This document shows, piece after piece, positions 48,974 through 52,409 of a stretch of DNA of 52,409 nucleotides. The stretch is taken from the NCBI GenBank assembly GCA_031370785.1, contig JANMQY010000029.1, positions 1 to 52,409 on the forward strand, read 5' to 3'. Below the pieces are notes generated by a model that was not told the origin of the DNA, made no database searches, and saw only the letters and a program-made list of their open reading frames with translations. This stretch comes from Candidatus Eiseniibacteriota bacterium (GTDB lineage Bacteria > Eisenbacteria > RBG-16-71-46). The first letter of the stretch is position 1; the number at the start of each line of letters is the position of its first letter. Both the position numbers and the translations under genes were made by a program.

Positions 48974-51190
48974 ATGCGGCTGTCCATTCGCATCCTGGTC
49001 GCGTGCGGCGTTGGAGCCCTGGCTCTGACTGCCGGCTGCGGCCGCAAGGTCGGCAACACTCTTGGAATCCCGAATCAGCCCCCGGCAGTTCGCCTGACCG
49101 GCTCGCCGCCACAAACCGAGGGCGCCACTCAGATCGCGCGCCAGCTGAGCTGGGTCGGGAGCGACCCCGACGGTCGCGTCGATCACTATGTCGTCGCGCT
49201 GGACCCGCGTTCGGTCGATAAGGTCGACGAGTCCTGGACTGCAGTCACCGAGACGCAACGCACGATTCACATGCGCCGCGCGCTGCCGACCCCTCTCAAT
49301 CCCACGGGACAGGCCCATCGCGAGCCCACCATCTTCGCAGTGAGCGCTGTGGACGATCAAGGCGCAGTGTCGACATCCGCGTGGCAGGCGATGTGGGGCG
49401 AGAACCTTGCGCCGGTGGTGCGAATCATTTTGCCCTACCCCACGCACCTCGCTGTGACGTCCGTGCCGTCACAGATCCGGATCTCTTGGGTGGGGAATGA
49501 TCCCGATGGGGCGATTCCGAATCGACTCGCGAAGTTCAAGTTCAAGCTGTTCGCCCAAGGCAATTCCGAATTTCCCATCGAGCTCGCCATCCTGGATCCG
49601 GACTCGCTCAGGCGTTTCTACGCTCCTGGCTTCGCGGGCTGGGACTCACTGCCCGGCGATTCCTCGGCCCACACGTACACCAACCTCGTCCCGTTCCAGA
49701 CCTACCTGTTTGTCGTGACCGGGTTCGATGCGAACGGCGACTACGATCCGATCTTCTCCCTCGACAAGAACATGCTCCGGATGCGTGTGCTTGCCCCCGG
49801 CACTGGAGGGCCGCGCATTACGTTCCATGGGGACTATTTCAGACTCACCAGCGTGAACGGTGAGCCGCTGAGCATCGATGCGGACTCCCGCAAGCCTCTC
49901 ACGGTCAACTGGTCAGCGGTGTCGGCCCTCAACGGAGGCGACCTCAGCTTCCGCTGGGCGGTCGACATCGCGGACCCCAACGACGGGACTCCGCGACGCA
50001 ACGCGAAGGATCTCGCACACTGGAGCGAATGGGGCGAATACAACACATCGGCCACGATTCCTCCGCCACGCGACGGAGTTCTCGTCAGGAGACTCTACGT
50101 CGAGGCGCAGGATCAGAGCGGCCTCATGACTCTCACGAGCCTGCGCATCCAGTACTACCGTCCCACGTTCGCTCGTGACCTGTTGATCGTGGACGACACG
50201 CGGCTGGTCCCGGATCAAATCGTGAACGGCACTCTCAGGCCGCCGACCGGGCCGTGGCCAACGGCGGCGGAACTGGATTCATTCCTCTTCGCGCGGGGCG
50301 GAGTCCCGTGGCGCGGCTATACGGCGGGGACCCTGAGTCGACCGGGACTCTTTGCGGGTTACGGCTTCGACACCCTCGGCACGAATTCCGGAAACTACAA
50401 CTCCATCTCAGCCGACCTGTTGAGCCAGTATCGCCATGTGATCTGGTACGTGGACGCGAAGTCGGCAGGCATTCGCGACGAGGCCGGAGGACAACCGGTA
50501 ACCGCGCTTCGCTGGATGTCGGCCGGCCGCGTGAACGCGCTTGCTGCCTACGTGCAGGCGGGAGGGCAATTGTGGCTGCTGGGAGGCGGCGCGGGACTCG
50601 CTTCCACCATCGAATGGCGGGCTCGAGGCAACACCACCAACACCTTCTCATCGGCGCGTGGCGAACTCGTGCCCGGGCAGTTCATGTATGAGTATCCGCA
50701 TTGGCGAAGCGAGTTCACCTACGACCTGTTGACGGCGAGCGTCGTGCGCGCCACGCCCGGCGCATCCGGCGGAAGGTGGGACTTCTCGAGGTTCCCGATG
50801 TCGCTGGATGGTCGCACACCGGCGACGGACCCACTTCCGCCGATGCGCAGCGGTTCGGCCGCGTTCTACGCGAGGTCGGGAACGGCGGAGTACCTCACGC
50901 AGCCGAACACGATACTCGAGAACCACAACGACGCTTCGCGACGCGGCTCACCGCTGGACACCCTATACAGCCTCGGATCCGGGTCGGGGTTCCCGATCAT
51001 GACGTTCTATCACGGACGCGAGAGCGGTGCCGTGCTGTTCAGCGGCTTCGACATCTGGAGCTTCCGCCGCGACCAGGGCGCCCAACTGGTGGACGCCGTC
51101 CTCCAGGGGATCTGGGGGCTGCCGCGCGTGTCCGGCACGCCGACGTCCGCTCAGTCGGAAGAAGCGGTGGTGCAGCGCAGCGGACACTGA
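48974..51190 (+). CDS. Large lipoprotein of unknown function
   Basis: AGGAGG RBS; lipobox LTAG-C; repeated W.G.DPDG Ig/FN3-like modules; C-terminal alpha/beta region (LLIVDD..., Y.HVIW, YV..GG..WL.G). Confidence 0.8.
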   Translation: MRLSIRILVACGVGALALTAGCGRKVGNTLGIPNQPPAVRLTGSPPQTEGATQIARQLSWVGSDPDGRVDHYVVALDPRSVDKVDESWTAVTETQRTIHMRRALPTPLNPTGQAHREPTIFAVSAVDDQGAVSTSAWQAMWGENLAPVVRIILPYPTHLAVTSVPSQIRISWVGNDPDGAIPNRLAKFKFKLFAQGNSEFPIELAILDPDSLRRFYAPGFAGWDSLPGDSSAHTYTNLVPFQTYLFVVTGFDANGDYDPIFSLDKNMLRMRVLAPGTGGPRITFHGDYFRLTSVNGEPLSIDADSRKPLTVNWSAVSALNGGDLSFRWAVDIADPNDGTPRRNAKDLAHWSEWGEYNTSATIPPPRDGVLVRRLYVEAQDQSGLMTLTSLRIQYYRPTFARDLLIVDDTRLVPDQIVNGTLRPPTGPWPTAAELDSFLFARGGVPWRGYTAGTLSRPGLFAGYGFDTLGTNSGNYNSISADLLSQYRHVIWYVDAKSAGIRDEAGGQPVTALRWMSAGRVNALAAYVQAGGQLWLLGGGAGLASTIEWRARGNTTNTFSSARGELVPGQFMYEYPHWRSEFTYDLLTASVVRATPGASGGRWDFSRFPMSLDGRTPATDPLPPMRSGSAAFYARSGTAEYLTQPNTILENHNDASRRGSPLDTLYSLGSGSGFPIMTFYHGRESGAVLFSGFDIWSFRRDQGAQLVDAVLQGIWGLPRVSGTPTSAQSEEAVVQRSGH

Positions 51191-51209
51191 CGCCGACCGA
51201 TGCAGGGCG

Positions 51210-51244
51210 ACGCGCCCGTTACGCCGAGTGCGTAGCGGGCGCGT
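51210..51244. terminator. Hairpin between convergent genes
   Basis: ACGCGCCCGTTACGC-CGAGT-GCGTAGCGGGCGCGT, 15-bp stem with one G-U pair. Confidence 0.6.
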
Positions 51245-51334
51245 TCGATTGTTCACGGGCCAGCACGACCGTGCACTCGCGACCGAACCTCGACGGCGGT
51301 TGTTGCGCGGCGGAAACGGTGAACGTCCCCGCGT

Positions 51335-51940
51335 CTACGCCCGCACCTGCATCATGCCCTCGAGCCGTGACTTCACCGCGGGCCACTCGTCGTCGAGGAT
51401 GCTCAGGTACACGGTGTCGCGCGGCTCTCCGTTTTCGCGCAGCATGTGCTTGCGCAGCGTGCCCTCCTCGGTGCACCCGATGCGCTTCATCGCGTCGCGC
51501 GAGCGCTGGTTCTTCGCGCTGGTCTTGAACTCGACCCGCATGCACGAGAGCGTCTCGAAGGCGTGGCGCAGCATCAGGTACTTGGCCTCGGTGTTCACAT
51601 GGGAGCGCTGGAACGGGCGCCCGACCCAGGTCCATCCGATCTCGAGACGCCGGTGTTCCATCGCGATGTTGCCGTAGCGCGTACACCCGGCGACTCGGCC
51701 GCTCGACCTGTCCACGGTCGCGAATGGCAATGAGACGCCTTTGCCCTGCTCGGCGAGCGCGGTCTCGAGGTAGCGGCGCAGTTGCGCCTCACTCGTGATG
51801 ATGCTCGTGGTCCAGCGCCACAGATCGGGATCCATTCCGATCTCGAGGAGGCCGGGCCAGTGGCGCGCCAGATCGAGCGGCTCCATGCGCACGCGAACGC
51901 CATCGAGAGTCACCGGATCGACGCGATCTGGCGAAGTCAT
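51335..51940 (-). CDS. GNAT N-acetyltransferase (RimJ/RimL family)
   Basis: Start MTSPDRV; LEIGWTW, NTEAKYLMLRHAFE, RVEFKT..N.RS...RIG..EEG.LRKH, RDTVYLSILDDEWP. Confidence 0.92.
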   Translation of the reverse strand: MTSPDRVDPVTLDGVRVRMEPLDLARHWPGLLEIGMDPDLWRWTTSIITSEAQLRRYLETALAEQGKGVSLPFATVDRSSGRVAGCTRYGNIAMEHRRLEIGWTWVGRPFQRSHVNTEAKYLMLRHAFETLSCMRVEFKTSAKNQRSRDAMKRIGCTEEGTLRKHMLRENGEPRDTVYLSILDDEWPAVKSRLEGMMQVRA

Positions 51941-51945
51941 CTGCC

Positions 51946-52409
51946 CTACGCCTTCACCATGTAGTACATCGCGGCCGGATGGTGGACGATGATCGCGGTG
52001 GTAGAAGCTTCGGGGACGAGCTGGAACGCGCTCGTGAGCGTGACGTCGATCGCGTCCTCGGGGCTCAACAGCTTGAAGAGCTTCGCCTGGTCCTCGAGGT
52101 CGGGACACGCGCTGTAACCGAACGAGTAGCGCTTGCCGCGCTCCGGTTCGAGTCCCAGCTCCGCGCGGATCTTGCGATGGTGCCACTCGGCGAGGCCTTC
52201 GGCCGCCGACACGCCCAACCCGTGCACGAACAACGCCACGGCATATTCGCCCCGCTTGTTCAGCGCCGCCCCGAGCTCATCCACGTACGGACCGACCGTC
52301 ACCACCTGCATTGCGAGCACGTCGAACTTGCTCGAATCGGCGGGTTGGAAGTAGTCCGACAGGCACAGGCCTTCGCGGACGGCCTGGCGCGGGAACGTGA
52401 AGCGCACCA
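51946..52409 (-). CDS. metH: Methionine synthase, C-terminal activation domain (partial)
   Basis: RFTFPRQ...LCLSDYF, AEGLAEWHH.KIR.ELG, G.RYSFGY.ACPDLEDQ, LVPE.ST.AIIVHHP.A.Y. Confidence 0.92.
   Translation of the reverse strand, partial: VRFTFPRQAVREGLCLSDYFQPADSSKFDVLAMQVVTVGPYVDELGAALNKRGEYAVALFVHGLGVSAAEGLAEWHHRKIRAELGLEPERGKRYSFGYSACPDLEDQAKLFKLLSPEDAIDVTLTSAFQLVPEASTTAIIVHHPAAMYYMVKA

Overview
High-GC bacterial chromosome segment. FlgD/T9SS-like C-terminal domains, a PorV-type barrel and a TWGxxKxxYR C-terminus suggest an FCB-superphylum candidate lineage such as Ca. Eisenbacteria (inference). Core genes are aspS, hisS, tRNA-Lys(CTT), clpB, aceE and partial metH. Other genes include a GT-C glycosyltransferase, VanZ, PTS EIIA, GAF-GGDEF, CapK-like ligase, Moco oxidoreductase, TonB receptor, S9 peptidase, GNAT and several large secreted repeat proteins. 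The main observation is a ~14.7 kb integrase-less region between tRNA-Lys (6240-6315) and a degenerate copy of its 3' half plus terminator (20963-~21070). It holds a tightly coupled cluster: secreted beta-propeller/CTD proteins, a PorV-barrel::transglutaminase-like::TPR fusion, a free TPR protein paralogous to that fusion's tail (both end in LYW), and a CHASE2-PP2C phosphatase. I infer a possible T9SS-associated trans-envelope signalling system. A second oddity is a PTS-EIIA operon with degenerate NuoJK/L/N-like subunits and a 14-codon, doubly coupled mini-ORF where NuoM would be. Several ORF-track starts were corrected by eye; no database searches were run.
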